Source: Gemmatimonadales bacterium (GTDB lineage Bacteria > Gemmatimonadota > Gemmatimonadetes > Gemmatimonadales > GWC2-71-9). From it: 49,351 nucleotides of DNA. The stretch is taken from NCBI GenBank assembly GCA_035644115.1, contig DASQPE010000293.1:1-49351 (forward strand), read 5' to 3'. Made by a program: the position numbers and the translations under genes. The notes beneath the pieces were generated by a model. The model worked only from the letters and a program-made list of their open reading frames with translations, made no database searches and was not told the DNA's origin. Positions 16,921 through 26,022 of the stretch are shown here, in pieces. Position 1 is the first letter of the stretch; every line of letters begins with the position of its first letter.

Positions 16921-17360
16921 TTCGCGACGGCCGCTTTCCGGGTGTCCAGGAAGTGTTGCAACAGTACGGCTGCGGCCAGGGCGTCCACGTCCTGCTTTCG
17001 CCCGCGGGTCGATCCGCCCTGTTCGCGAACCGCGCGGAGCGCTCGTGCGGTCGTGAGCCGCTCGTCCCACAGCTCGAGGGGGAGCGCGGTGCGCGCCGCG
17101 ATCGACTGCGCCAGGGCCCGGGACTCGATCGCGCTGGGGCCCTCGTCGCCTTCGCCGGTGAGGGGTAAGCCGACCACGATCCCGACCGGCTGGCGCTCGG
17201 CGACCAGCTCCAGCAGGCGCGGCATGGGGAACCGCTTTCCTCGGCGGCGCACCAGGGTTTCGAGGGGAGAGGCGAGGGTCTGGGTCTCGTCGCTCAAGGC
17301 GAGGCCGATCCGTACCTCGCCCCAGTCCACTGCCAGGATGCGGCCGCCCGTCGGGAGCAT
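16917..17360 (-). CDS. ruvX: Holliday junction resolvase-like nuclease RuvX (YqgF)
   Basis: RILAVDWGEVRIGLALSD, GIVVGLPL...G, WDERLTT..A, DALAAAVLLQHFLD. Confidence 0.9.
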   Translation of the reverse strand: MLPTGGRILAVDWGEVRIGLALSDETQTLASPLETLVRRRGKRFPMPRLLELVAERQPVGIVVGLPLTGEGDEGPSAIESRALAQSIAARTALPLELWDERLTTARALRAVREQGGSTRGRKQDVDALAAAVLLQHFLDTRKAAVAK

Positions 17361-17367
17361 GTCGGAA

Positions 17368-17461
17368 GGTAAGAGGTGAGAGGTAAGAGGTGAGAGGGCG
17401 ACGACGAAGGGGCCCCGTGTGCAACGGAGCCCCCCTTACCTCTCACTTCTTACTTCTCACC
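17368..17461. repeat. Long hairpin with heptad-repeat arms ((GGTAAGA GGTGAGA)x2 + GGG ... C5-6 + TTACC TCTCAC TTCTTAC TTCTCAC) between the rho stop and the ruvX start
   Basis: Read directly. Same GTAAGAG/GTGAGAG unit type and orientation as 15883..15952. Lies 5 nt downstream of the rho stop (17466) and 8 nt upstream of the ruvX ATG (17360). Arms can pair in more than one heptad register. Confidence 0.7.
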
Positions 17462-17465
17462 GCGG

Positions 17466-18713
17466 TCATTGCGCCATCGTCGCGAAGAAGTCCTTGTTGT
17501 TCTTGGTCCGCTTCATCCGTTCGAGCAGGAATTCCAGCGCCTCGACGGGGGGCATGTCGGCCAGGAAGTTGCGCAGCAGATACACCCGATTGAGCTCATC
17601 CTTGTCCATGAGGAGCTCCTCTTTCCGGGTGGACGTGCGCTGGATATCGATGGCCGGGTAGATACGGCGGTCGGCCAGCCGACGGTCGAGCACCAGCTCC
17701 GAATTGCCGGTGCCTTTGAACTCCTCGAAGATCACCTCGTCCATCCGGCTCCCGGTGTCGATCAGCGCGGTCGCGATGATGCTGAGGCTGCCGCCCTTGT
17801 CGATGTTGCGCGCCGCGCCGAAGAACCGTTTGGGCTTCTGCAGCGCGTTGGCGTCCACGCCGCCCGAGAGGATCTTGCCCGAGTGCGGGACCACGACGTT
17901 GTGCGCCCGGGCAAGCCGGGTGATCGAATCGAGCAGGATCACGACGTCGCGGCCGTGCTCGACCAGGCGCTTGGCCTTCTCGATGACCATGTCGGCGACC
18001 TGGACGTGACGGTCGGCCGGCTCGTCGAACGTGGAAGAAATGACCTCGGCCTGGACGTTTTCCTCCATGTCGGTCACTTCCTCGGGCCGCTCGTCGATCA
18101 GCAGCACGATGAGCACGATCTCGGGATGGTTCTCGTTGATCGCGTTGGCGAGCTTCTGCATCAGAATCGTCTTGCCGGCCTTGGGCGGCGCGACGATGAG
18201 CGCGCGCTGGCCCATCCCGATGGGGGAGAGAAGATCGACCACGCGCATCGAGAGATCGCCGTTGGTTCGCTCCAGCCGGATCCGGCGGTCGGGATAGCGC
18301 GGCTTGAGGTTGTCGAACGCGATCCGGTGCTTGGTCTTTTCCGGCTCTTCGAAGTTGACGCTCTCGACCTTGAGGAGGGCGAGATAGCGCTCGCCCTCCT
18401 TGGGCGGCCGTACCTGCCCCATGACCGTGTCGCCGGTCCGGAGATCGAAGCGCTTGATCTGGCTGGGCGAGACGTAAATGTCGTCCGGGCCGTAGAGGTA
18501 GTTCCAGTCCTGGCTCCGCAGAAAGCCGTAGCCCTCGGGCAGGATTTCGAGCACGCCCTCGCCGCGGATGACCGTGTCCTGGTCCAGCAGCGATTGCTCG
18601 ATGCGGAAGATGAGATCCTGCTTGCGGAGGCCCGAGTAGTTCGTGATGTTGAGTTGCTCGGCCAGCTGATGCAGCTCCGCGACAGATTTTTGCTTTAGCT
18701 CAGCGATATCCAC
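17466..18713 (-). CDS. rho: Transcription termination factor Rho
   Basis: N-terminal [26 protein letters not shown]-binding cold-shock-like [16 protein letters not shown], Walker [39 protein letters not shown] start with GGAG 8 nt upstream. Confidence 0.97.
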   Translation of the reverse strand: MDIAELKQKSVAELHQLAEQLNITNYSGLRKQDLIFRIEQSLLDQDTVIRGEGVLEILPEGYGFLRSQDWNYLYGPDDIYVSPSQIKRFDLRTGDTVMGQVRPPKEGERYLALLKVESVNFEEPEKTKHRIAFDNLKPRYPDRRIRLERTNGDLSMRVVDLLSPIGMGQRALIVAPPKAGKTILMQKLANAINENHPEIVLIVLLIDERPEEVTDMEENVQAEVISSTFDEPADRHVQVADMVIEKAKRLVEHGRDVVILLDSITRLARAHNVVVPHSGKILSGGVDANALQKPKRFFGAARNIDKGGSLSIIATALIDTGSRMDEVIFEEFKGTGNSELVLDRRLADRRIYPAIDIQRTSTRKEELLMDKDELNRVYLLRNFLADMPPVEALEFLLERMKRTKNNKDFFATMAQ

Positions 18714-18885
18714 GGACGGGACTCCACGCAGGGACGCCCGATCGGCGGACCGATGGGCTCGAAAAATTGGCGCAGTTCAATGGCGGTATCGTGTATGTGG
18801 CGAGCTCCGCAGCGGCGGAGCGACTTGCATCGAGATGGTCTGGGGAGATGGCGTCAGTCGCAGAAGCACTGCAACTTAGACCGCA
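18714..18885 (-). promoter_or_regulatory. rho 5' leader / divergent promoter region shared with the M50 protease gene; contains a GC hairpin (18804..18821)
   Basis: 172-bp non-coding gap. GCTCCGC-4 nt-GCGGAGC stem-loop read directly. No convincing -35/-10 found by eye. Confidence 0.3.
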
Positions 18886-20037
18886 TTGGAAAGGGCGTCA
18901 AGAGGGAACGTGGACGCACTGAGCGCGACGTGCGACGCCTGGCGGACCCATGCGCTCGGTCGCCGGGAATACACCGAGGCGTTGGTCGCGCCCGAGCATC
19001 GGGGGCCGTCGCCCGCCCTGGCACAGGCGCTCGCCGCCTGGCCCGGCAGTCATTATTGGGCCGATGCCGAGCACTCGCACCTGGTGCTCATCCGGGTGCT
19101 GGGCTCGGGGCGAACCGAACGATGGCTGCTTCACCTGGTGCTGTTCACGCTCACGGTGATCTGTGCCCTGGGCGCGGGGGCCGTGCTGGCGGGCAGCTGG
19201 ACTCCGGCCGAGCCTCCCGGGCTCGTGGGCGTCATCATTGGAGGGGCGCGTTTCTTTGAGCGCCTGGCAGGCCCCGGCTGGCAGGATCTCATCGCCGGCT
19301 GGTCGTTTGCCCTGCCGCTCCTCGGCATCCTACTGGTCCACGAGCTGGGTCACTATTTCGCCGCCCGGCGGTATGAGATCGACGCGTCCCCTCCGTATTT
19401 CCTTCCAATACCGCCAAATCTGTCGCCCATCGGAAGCCTGGGGGCGTACATCCGGCTCCGATCGCCGGTCCTCGACCGGCGGCAACTGCTCGACGTGGGG
19501 GCTGCCGGCCCGCTGGCCGGCTTCGTCGTCACCCTTGGCGTCCTCGCCTGGGGACTTCACATCTCGCAGCCGGTGGAACCGGGGCTAGACCGGGCGCAAA
19601 GCTTCGTGCTGCTCGGGGGGGACCGAATCAACCTAGGCGATTCACTGCTTACCGCCGCGCTGCGGGAGCTGTTCCTGCCGGGCGCCCGCAGCGTGCACCT
19701 CAGCCTGCCTGCATTCGCGGGTTGGGTCGGTGCTTTCGTCACCGGCCTCAATCTGCTTCCACTAAGTCAGCTCGACGGTGGCCACGTGCTCTATGGTCTA
19801 CTCGGACGCCGTCAATCGGCTGTGGGCCTGATCACGCTGGTCGGACTGATCGGGCTGGCCCAGCTCTCGTGGAACTGGTACGTCTGGGTTGCGCTGGCCC
19901 TGTTCGTCGGCCGCGGGGGCTGGGCCCACCCCTCGGTTCTGGCGCCGGAGCGACCCGTGCCGCCCGGCCGGCGGTGGATCGGGTGGGCGGCGGTGGTCGT
20001 GTTTCTGATCACGTTCGTGCCGGTGCCGTTCAGGTAA
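18886..20037 (+). CDS. Site-2 protease family (M50) membrane metalloprotease
   Basis: HELGHYFAARRY (HExxH) and LNLLPLSQLDGGHVLY (NxxPxxxLDG) motifs; multiple TM helices. The track start is TTG, so the exact start is uncertain. Confidence 0.85.
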   Translation: MERASRGNVDALSATCDAWRTHALGRREYTEALVAPEHRGPSPALAQALAAWPGSHYWADAEHSHLVLIRVLGSGRTERWLLHLVLFTLTVICALGAGAVLAGSWTPAEPPGLVGVIIGGARFFERLAGPGWQDLIAGWSFALPLLGILLVHELGHYFAARRYEIDASPPYFLPIPPNLSPIGSLGAYIRLRSPVLDRRQLLDVGAAGPLAGFVVTLGVLAWGLHISQPVEPGLDRAQSFVLLGGDRINLGDSLLTAALRELFLPGARSVHLSLPAFAGWVGAFVTGLNLLPLSQLDGGHVLYGLLGRRQSAVGLITLVGLIGLAQLSWNWYVWVALALFVGRGGWAHPSVLAPERPVPPGRRWIGWAAVVVFLITFVPVPFR

Positions 20038-20049
20038 CCCCCGGGCTTC

Positions 20050-20077
20050 TTGCCTAAGTCTCGCCGCCATGTATATT
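20050..20077 (+). promoter_or_regulatory. Candidate sigma70-type promoter TTGCCT-16 nt-TATATT
   Basis: Lies in the only AT-rich patch of the 67-bp gap, 28 nt upstream of ATG 20105. Confidence 0.4.
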
Positions 20078-20104
20078 TAGCTAAACCTGCGCGGACATAA
20101 CGCG

Positions 20105-20392
20105 ATGGCCCTACAAACCACGGTGCGGCAGCCCGCCCGGGATTCTCGGGAACCCGTCCACCACGAGCTCGACTCCATTCGTTTCGCCGGCCAATCGATT
20201 CATCTCTCCCTGATCGTGCGCCGCACCGAGGACGGTGCCTGGCGCGGACGCTTGCGATTCGCCGACCCCGACTCGACCCGCGAGCGCGAGACGGCGGAAA
20301 TTTTTTGCGCAGAGTCAGAGGCAGATCTCTGGGAGTCGGTGCGGGTGCTGCGCGATCACCATCTGCGTGACCTGTATCGGTCTCTCGACTGA
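20105..20392 (+). CDS. Hypothetical small protein (95 aa)
   Basis: ATG start after the promoter-like element. Balanced, non-repetitive composition (…HLSLIVRRTEDGAWRGRLRFADPDSTRERETAEIFCAESEADLWESVRVLRDHHLRDLY). No family recognised. Confidence 0.55.
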   Translation: MALQTTVRQPARDSREPVHHELDSIRFAGQSIHLSLIVRRTEDGAWRGRLRFADPDSTRERETAEIFCAESEADLWESVRVLRDHHLRDLYRSLD

Positions 20393-20401
20393 GCCGGCGC
20401 G

Positions 20402-20584
20402 ATGACTGACCCGGAACGCCTCAGCAAGCTCCGACACGATCTGTCCAATCCCCTCTCCGCGCTGCTGGCGGAGATCCAGCTGCTGCTCCTGAACGAAGGG
20501 CGCTACGATGGCGAGACGCTGTCCAGTCTACGCGAGATCGAGGGACTGGCGATCAGGATGCGGACCATGCTGCGAGAGGGCTGA
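20402..20584 (+). CDS. 60-aa stand-alone DHp/HisKA-like protein carrying an H-box, no ATPase domain
   Basis: LSKLRHDLSNPLSALLAEIQLLLL matches the histidine-kinase H-box pattern (xHDLxNPLxxI). A second helix follows (LSSLREIEGLAIRMRTMLRE). Starts 10 nt after the preceding ORF; the 3' end overlaps the convergent RDD gene by 57 nt. Confidence 0.55.
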   Translation: MTDPERLSKLRHDLSNPLSALLAEIQLLLLNEGRYDGETLSSLREIEGLAIRMRTMLREG

Positions 20585-22324
20585 GGTGCGCCGCCACGCG
20601 GCGCCGCGGGCCAGATAAGCGACCAGGAACGCGAGGCTGCCTGCACTCGTCCCGATCCGCGGCGCGAGTCCGCGACCGCTCACCGACAGGAATCCCTCGA
20701 TCGTCCCGGCAATGGCGAGCAACACGACGACGGCGCCCATCATTCGGACGGCGATTCGACCGCTCGCCACCATCGCGTCGGCCCGTGATCGGTCTCCCGG
20801 TGCCACCAGTGACTTGCCGAGCAGAAAACCGGCGGCTCCGGCGACCCAGATCGCGAACAGCTCCAGCGCACCGTGGCCCACGATGAACTCCATCAAATAA
20901 GAGAGCAGGCCCTGGTTGGCGAAATGGCCGGCGAAGGTGCCAAGCGCCAGCCCGTTGAACGCGAGCAGCACGAGTGAGCCGACCCCAAGAAAGATTCCGC
21001 CGGCAAAGCACGCGATCGCGATCCGGACGTTGTTCGTGATGATGAACGACGCCACTAGGGGCCGGCCGGCGACTTCGACCGAGCCGTACTTCCGACCCTC
21101 GGCCATCCGGGCTCGGCCCGCGTCGGCGCGCCGCAGCATGACCTCGGGGAGCAGTTCGGTCGCGAGAGCAGGCCGTTCCCGCAGCAGGGTGTATCCGCCC
21201 AACGCGGGGGCAGTAAACAAGGCCCAGGCGAGCAGGACGAGCCAGCGGGAGTCGATCACCGCCGCGGGAAACTCGCGGCTGATCGTGACCCAGACTCTGG
21301 CCCAGGTGTGCCGGTCGTCGCGATACAGGACGTTGTGCCCGGCAGCGACCAACCGCTCGAGCCGGGCAACGGTCGCCGGGTCGGCCTGATAGGTTCGCGC
21401 GCGGGCAAGATCGGCGGCCAGCTCGCGATAGCGGGCGGCGAACTCCGGCAGCTCCTCAGGCGCGAAGCTGTCGAGGCCCGCCGAGGTCGCGCGCTCGGCG
21501 AGCGTCTGAAAAGCGTCCCAGCGCGCACTCTGCCGGGCCGCGAGTCGCTCGCCCAGGCCGGCGCGACCGGCCAGGCGTCCCCGGCGGCGAGCCAGCTCCT
21601 TGGCGTACAGGTCCAGCAGGAACTCGGCGGCCCCCAGTCCGGGGGCCGCCGGCCGATCGGCGAAGCGACCGGCGAGGGTCGTCGCGATCCGCTCCCGGGC
21701 AGCGGGCGGCAGGTCCGCCGCGCGGCCTCCGAACCGGGCCAGCAGGCGGAAGCGGTCGTCGTCGAGCGGCGGCCCTCCGGTCAAAGCCGTCGCAGCCGCG
21801 GTTGCGGCGAAACGGCCCACCGGAGACGGGCGGTCTCGAACCACCACGGTGCCCGCGGCAAGATCGCCCAGCCGCTTGCCCCGGGGGTGGAATGCGATGA
21901 GCGCGAGCCCAACCAGGTAAGGTGGCGGCAGGAAGTCAGCGATTCGCAGCAGGTTGCGGAGGGCGGCAGCGCCTAACGTGACCGGGTGGCCGGTCTCGCG
22001 CACGACGCGGATGCCCACCAGCCGCTTCCCCGGCGTCTGGCCGCCTCGGAGTCCTTCGAACAGAATGAAGTAGCCGTTACCGAGGGCGAAGCCGAGGCCA
22101 ATCGCGAGGGCCGCGATCCAGGCCCGCCCGAGGGCGGACGAGGGAACCAGACCGAAGCTGCCCAGGACTACGACGAGCAAGGCGCCCGCGAGCATGATCG
22201 CGGCGACGATCGCGCTGTCGATGACCGCCGCAAGGAGCCGCGAGCCTACCCCGGCGATCTCCAGATCGAGCAGGACATGCTCGGGAGTCTCGATCGGCAG
22301 GTGCTGACGCAGGTCGCTGGGCAT
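20528..22324 (-). CDS. Fusion membrane protein: N-terminal RDD domain + C-terminal SpoIIM-like (DUF95) domain
   Basis: RDD part: GSRLLAAVIDSAIV...FEGLRGGQTPGKRLVGIRVV...ALRNLLRIADFLP. SpoIIM/DUF95 part: FIITNNVRIAIACFAGGIFLGVGSLVLLAFNGLALG...FIVGHGALELFAIWVAGAAGFLLG. Confidence 0.85.
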   Translation of the reverse strand: MPSDLRQHLPIETPEHVLLDLEIAGVGSRLLAAVIDSAIVAAIMLAGALLVVVLGSFGLVPSSALGRAWIAALAIGLGFALGNGYFILFEGLRGGQTPGKRLVGIRVVRETGHPVTLGAAALRNLLRIADFLPPPYLVGLALIAFHPRGKRLGDLAAGTVVVRDRPSPVGRFAATAAATALTGGPPLDDDRFRLLARFGGRAADLPPAARERIATTLAGRFADRPAAPGLGAAEFLLDLYAKELARRRGRLAGRAGLGERLAARQSARWDAFQTLAERATSAGLDSFAPEELPEFAARYRELAADLARARTYQADPATVARLERLVAAGHNVLYRDDRHTWARVWVTISREFPAAVIDSRWLVLLAWALFTAPALGGYTLLRERPALATELLPEVMLRRADAGRARMAEGRKYGSVEVAGRPLVASFIITNNVRIAIACFAGGIFLGVGSLVLLAFNGLALGTFAGHFANQGLLSYLMEFIVGHGALELFAIWVAGAAGFLLGKSLVAPGDRSRADAMVASGRIAVRMMGAVVVLLAIAGTIEGFLSVSGRGLAPRIGTSAGSLAFLVAYLARGAAWRRTSALSQHGPHPDRQSLDLA

Positions 22325-22446
22325 GAGGCGAGCGGCTATTGGGGTTGAGCGACTCCGGTCGGTTCCCTAAGCTAGCTACCACGCAACCGCTCCCCTAACT
22401 TCAAAACTCGCCACATCCCCAGCGCCGCCTTCACGAGGAGCCCCCG

Positions 22447-23217
22447 ATGACCTCCCTTGCGCTGCGCCCGCTCTCCGTCGGCGAGATTCTGGATACTTCC
22501 TTCCAGGTGTACCGGCGGCACTTCAGCGCGCTCGCGACCATCGTGCTGGTCTGCAACGGGCTGCCGATTCTCCTACAGATCTACAACCGCTCCGCGGGCG
22601 GGGCGCATTGGGCGCTCACCCTGCTGTACCTAGTACTCGTAGTGGTGCTCGGGTTGATCGCTACCGGTGCATCCGTGTTCGTGGTATCGGAGAGCTACCT
22701 GGGGCGCGCGATCACGGCGCGCGAGGCGTTGGCCCGCGCCGCGCCATTCGTGGTTCCATTGATCGTCGCGTCGCTCCTGGTCGGGCTGCTCGCGATGGTG
22801 GGCTTCATCCTGCTCGTGATCCCCGGTCTCATCGTCATCTGCGGCCTGGCGCTCACGGTACCGGCCCTGGTGGTCGAGTCGGCCCCGCCGATGGACGCTC
22901 TGGGGCGCTCCTGGACGCTCACCCGGGGCTACCGCCTCCGCATGTTCGGCTTGTTCCTGCTGATCTTCCTTCTCATTCTGATCCCCTACGTCGCCGTAAT
23001 GGGCGCCTTCGGCGTAGCCTCCGCGATGCTCGCTTCGACCGGCGCGAAGGGCGTCAGCACGACCATCCTTCTCAGCGGGACGGTCGTCGCGGCTATCGTT
23101 CAGTTGCTGCTCTCGCCGCTTTACCAGGCGGCCCTGGTCATCGCGTACTACGATCTGCGGGTGCGCAAGGAGGGCTTCGATCTCGAGGTCCTCGCTGCGG
23201 CGCTGCAGCCGGCCTGA
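22447..23217 (+). CDS. Multi-pass membrane protein (YciC/DUF975-like topology), first gene of the MoxR operon
   Basis: GAGGAG Shine-Dalgarno 7 nt upstream. N-terminus LSVGEILDTSFQVYRRHFSAL followed by about 6 hydrophobic helices. The family call is tentative. Confidence 0.7.
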   Translation: MTSLALRPLSVGEILDTSFQVYRRHFSALATIVLVCNGLPILLQIYNRSAGGAHWALTLLYLVLVVVLGLIATGASVFVVSESYLGRAITAREALARAAPFVVPLIVASLLVGLLAMVGFILLVIPGLIVICGLALTVPALVVESAPPMDALGRSWTLTRGYRLRMFGLFLLIFLLILIPYVAVMGAFGVASAMLASTGAKGVSTTILLSGTVVAAIVQLLLSPLYQAALVIAYYDLRVRKEGFDLEVLAAALQPA

Positions 23218-23247
23218 TCCGCCGGGCCGCTCCTGGTCCCTTCCATC

Positions 23248-23856
23248 GTGCAGCTTCCGGACGACTCGTTGCGGACCGTGCTGCACACGGTGTTTGCAGC
23301 ACCGGCGTATGCCTGGGTCGATGAGCCACATCCCTTCATCGCGGTGCAAGAGTGGTGGCGCCGGCTGGCGGACTGGCTGGTCAACGCGCGCACCCTCCAT
23401 CCCCTAGTGTTTCAGGGTCTGGTGCTGGCCCTCACCGCGGTGCTGGTGGCAATCGTCGTGCACGCGGTCTATGTGTTCCTCCAAACGGTCCGGGCCGCGG
23501 CTCGTCGCGAGGGGTCGGCATTCAGCTCGGCGCCGGTCTCGGGCCGGGACGCGTCATGGTACCTCGGGGCCGCCGACCAGGCGGCGGCGGCCGGACACTA
23601 CCGGGACGCGCTCCGGCTCGCGTTCGACGCGCTGGTGGTCCGGCTCGACGCAATGGGGTCGATCCACTGGGCACCGGGCAAGACCGCGCGGGATTACACG
23701 CGCGAAGCGCGCCTCACGCCGCTGGAGCGCGACCGACTCGGTCGGGTGGTTGGCGTGCTCTACCGACACGTGTACAGCGGCGTTCCCTGCGGCCCTGACG
23801 AGTATGCCGCGCTGCGGGGCGCGGCATCGGATGACTGGCATGCGGCCGCGGACTGA
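23248..23856 (+). CDS. DUF4129 domain-containing membrane-anchored protein
   Basis: One TM helix (LVFQGLVLALTAVLVAIVVHAV), then the DUF4129-like pattern YRDALRLAFDALVVRLDAMGSIHWAPGKTARDYTRE...LYRHVYSG. GTG start. Confidence 0.75.
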   Translation: MQLPDDSLRTVLHTVFAAPAYAWVDEPHPFIAVQEWWRRLADWLVNARTLHPLVFQGLVLALTAVLVAIVVHAVYVFLQTVRAAARREGSAFSSAPVSGRDASWYLGAADQAAAAGHYRDALRLAFDALVVRLDAMGSIHWAPGKTARDYTREARLTPLERDRLGRVVGVLYRHVYSGVPCGPDEYAALRGAASDDWHAAAD

Positions 23857-25063
23857 GCTCGTGGTCGCGCTCGGCATCTTCGGCCTGCTCGCCGCCGGCG
23901 CGGCGGCGCTGGGCGGCCGGGGACGTCGGGAGCCCGACTTCGATATCCGCCGTTCCACGTTCCTCACCGGTCCGGATGGCGCCCGGGGATATGCCGAGGC
24001 GCTGCAGCGGCTCGGAGTCGACGTCGAGCAGTTTCGCCGCCGACCGGCGGAGCTGCGCACGACCGTTCGAGGCGCGGAGGCGACCGTTCTCGCGGCGCTG
24101 GGCCCGACCGAACCGGTGGATCCGCTCGAGGCAACCGTGATGGTCGCGTTCGCCCGATCGCACGATCTGCTGCTCGCGGGCGAGGGCGCCGAGGCAGCGA
24201 TGCGGTGCTACGGCTACGCGGTCGAGACCCGACCCAACGCGATGCTGGCGGTCATGCCGGGGCAGCTACCGGCGATCAGCCGGCTACGGGTCTGGGCCGT
24301 GCTGAGGCAGGCTGCGCCGCGCGCCCCGGGCGCATCCTCTGCTTTCGAGGAAGAGCCGCCGGCCCTCTGCCAGGGCCCCGCAGTGGTGCGGACGGACACC
24401 CTGCTTCGCACAGTGGGCGGCCGCGTGGTCGCGCTCCGTCTCGAGCTGGCCGAGAGTCGCACGGTCACGCTGGTGGCGGACGACCTGATCTTCTCCAACC
24501 GGGCGCTTCGCTCGTCCGAGGCGGGTCCTTTCGCCCTCCGGCTGGTGCTCGGTCGCTACCGCCGGATCGTGTTCGACGAGTATCACCACGGCTACGGACC
24601 GTCGGGATCGCTGCCCGGCGCGCTGCTCGCTTGGAGCGGCCGCTCCCCGTGGGGCTGGGCCGCCTGGCAGCTGGCGGCGGTGGGGCTCCTCAGCCTGACG
24701 GCGACGGCGCTACGCTTCGGCCCGGTGCGGGCATCGCCGGATCGGCGGCGGCGATCACCTCTCGAGCACGTGCATGCGCTCGCGACCGTGCTGGCCGCGG
24801 CCAAGGGGCACGATCTCGCGGTGCGGCTGATGGTGCAGGGGCTCAGGCGCCGGCTCTCGCGCAGCCCCTATACGGCGGCGGGTTCCGGGCTGCGGGCCGA
24901 TCCCCGTCCGTGGCTGGCAGACCAGGCCCGGCACATTCGTGCCGGCCCGGCCCGGACGGCGGTCACCTCATTGGCCGCGCTCATGGATCGCCCGCAGGAC
25001 GCCGAGGGCGTGTTGCGCGCGGCCAACGTGGTGGAGGATGTATGGGCGGACCTGAAGCCATAG
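23831..25063 (+). CDS. DUF4350 domain-containing protein
   Basis: TM/signal anchor LVVALGIFGLLAAGAAAL, then TFLTGPDGARGYAEALQRLGVDVEQF...VLAALGPTEP...LLLAGEG. The ATG at 23831 (or 23840) overlaps the upstream stop at 23856. The track start 23471 is an over-extension. Confidence 0.7.
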   Translation: MTGMRPRTELVVALGIFGLLAAGAAALGGRGRREPDFDIRRSTFLTGPDGARGYAEALQRLGVDVEQFRRRPAELRTTVRGAEATVLAALGPTEPVDPLEATVMVAFARSHDLLLAGEGAEAAMRCYGYAVETRPNAMLAVMPGQLPAISRLRVWAVLRQAAPRAPGASSAFEEEPPALCQGPAVVRTDTLLRTVGGRVVALRLELAESRTVTLVADDLIFSNRALRSSEAGPFALRLVLGRYRRIVFDEYHHGYGPSGSLPGALLAWSGRSPWGWAAWQLAAVGLLSLTATALRFGPVRASPDRRRRSPLEHVHALATVLAAAKGHDLAVRLMVQGLRRRLSRSPYTAAGSGLRADPRPWLADQARHIRAGPARTAVTSLAALMDRPQDAEGVLRAANVVEDVWADLKP

Positions 25064-26022
25064 CACTGAGCGACGAGATCGCGCGTCAGTCGGACGCCGC
25101 CAACGCGCTGGTCCGGACCCTCGGGGGCGTGGTCCTGGGGCAGGAGCCGGCGATCCGGGAGGCGGTGGCGGCGCTGATCGCGCGGGGCCACGTCCTGCTC
25201 GAGGGCGTCCCCGGCACGGCCAAGACGCTCCTGGTCCGAAGCCTGAGCCTCGCGCTGGGACTCGAGTTCCGCCGAATTCAGTTCACCCCGGACCTCATGC
25301 CGTCCGACATCACCGGCGTCAACCTGCTCACCGGCCAGGGAGCCTTCGCCTTCCGGCCGGGCCCGATCTTTGGCGACCTCGTGCTGGGCGACGAGATCAA
25401 TCGGGCTCCCGCGAAGACCCAAGCGGCCCTGCTCGAGGCGATGCAGGAGCGCAGCGTCACGGTCGACGGCACCTCGCACCCGCTCTCGGCGGCGTTCACC
25501 GTGTTCGCGACCCAGAACCCGATCGAGTTCGAGGGTACCTATCCGCTGCCCGAGGCGGAGCTGGATCGCTTCCTGGCGAAGGTGGTTCTCGGCTACCCCG
25601 AAGCTGAAACCGAGCAGCAGATCCTGCATCGCGTGCTCGACGGCTTCGAGGCCGACGATCCACGGAGCTACGGCATCGGCCCGCCTACCGGGGCCGCACT
25701 TGCCGGACTGCGCCAGGCGGCGCGGCAGGTCCGGGTCGACCCATCGCTGGTCCAGTACGTGACCGCGATCGTGCGGGCCACCCGAGCCACCCCCTCGCTC
25801 ACACTGGGCGCCTCCCCGCGGGGGAGTGTCGCGCTGCTCAAGCTGGCGCAAGCGATCGCGCTGCTCGACGGACGCGACTATGTGATTCCGGACGACGTGA
25901 AAGCCATGGCGCCCGCCGTGCTGCGACACCGGGTGAGCGTGGCACCCGAGCTGGAGCTCGAGGGCGTCACGACGGACGCAGCGCTGGCGGCAATCCTCGA
26001 GCAGGTCGACGCTCCCAAGTGA
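25042..26022 (+). CDS. MoxR-family AAA+ ATPase
   Basis: VVLGQEPAIREAVAALIARGHVLLEGVPGTAKT (Walker A), RIQFTPDLMPSDITG, LGDEINRAPAKTQAALLEAMQE (Walker B/sensor), ATQNPIE.EGTYPLPEA.LDRF. ATG 25042 overlaps the upstream ORF by 22 nt. Confidence 0.95.
   Translation: MGGPEAIALSDEIARQSDAANALVRTLGGVVLGQEPAIREAVAALIARGHVLLEGVPGTAKTLLVRSLSLALGLEFRRIQFTPDLMPSDITGVNLLTGQGAFAFRPGPIFGDLVLGDEINRAPAKTQAALLEAMQERSVTVDGTSHPLSAAFTVFATQNPIEFEGTYPLPEAELDRFLAKVVLGYPEAETEQQILHRVLDGFEADDPRSYGIGPPTGAALAGLRQAARQVRVDPSLVQYVTAIVRATRATPSLTLGASPRGSVALLKLAQAIALLDGRDYVIPDDVKAMAPAVLRHRVSVAPELELEGVTTDAALAAILEQVDAPK

Noticed and set aside
15883-17461. Could the short repeated GTAAGAG/GTGAGAG units be a CRISPR array or a mobile element (MITE) with terminal inverted repeats bracketing ruvX-mltG?
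   Set aside because: The units are 7 nt, contiguous and spacer-free, so this is not a CRISPR array. The two copies are in direct, not inverted, orientation, and they flank core housekeeping genes with no transposase and no target-site duplication visible.
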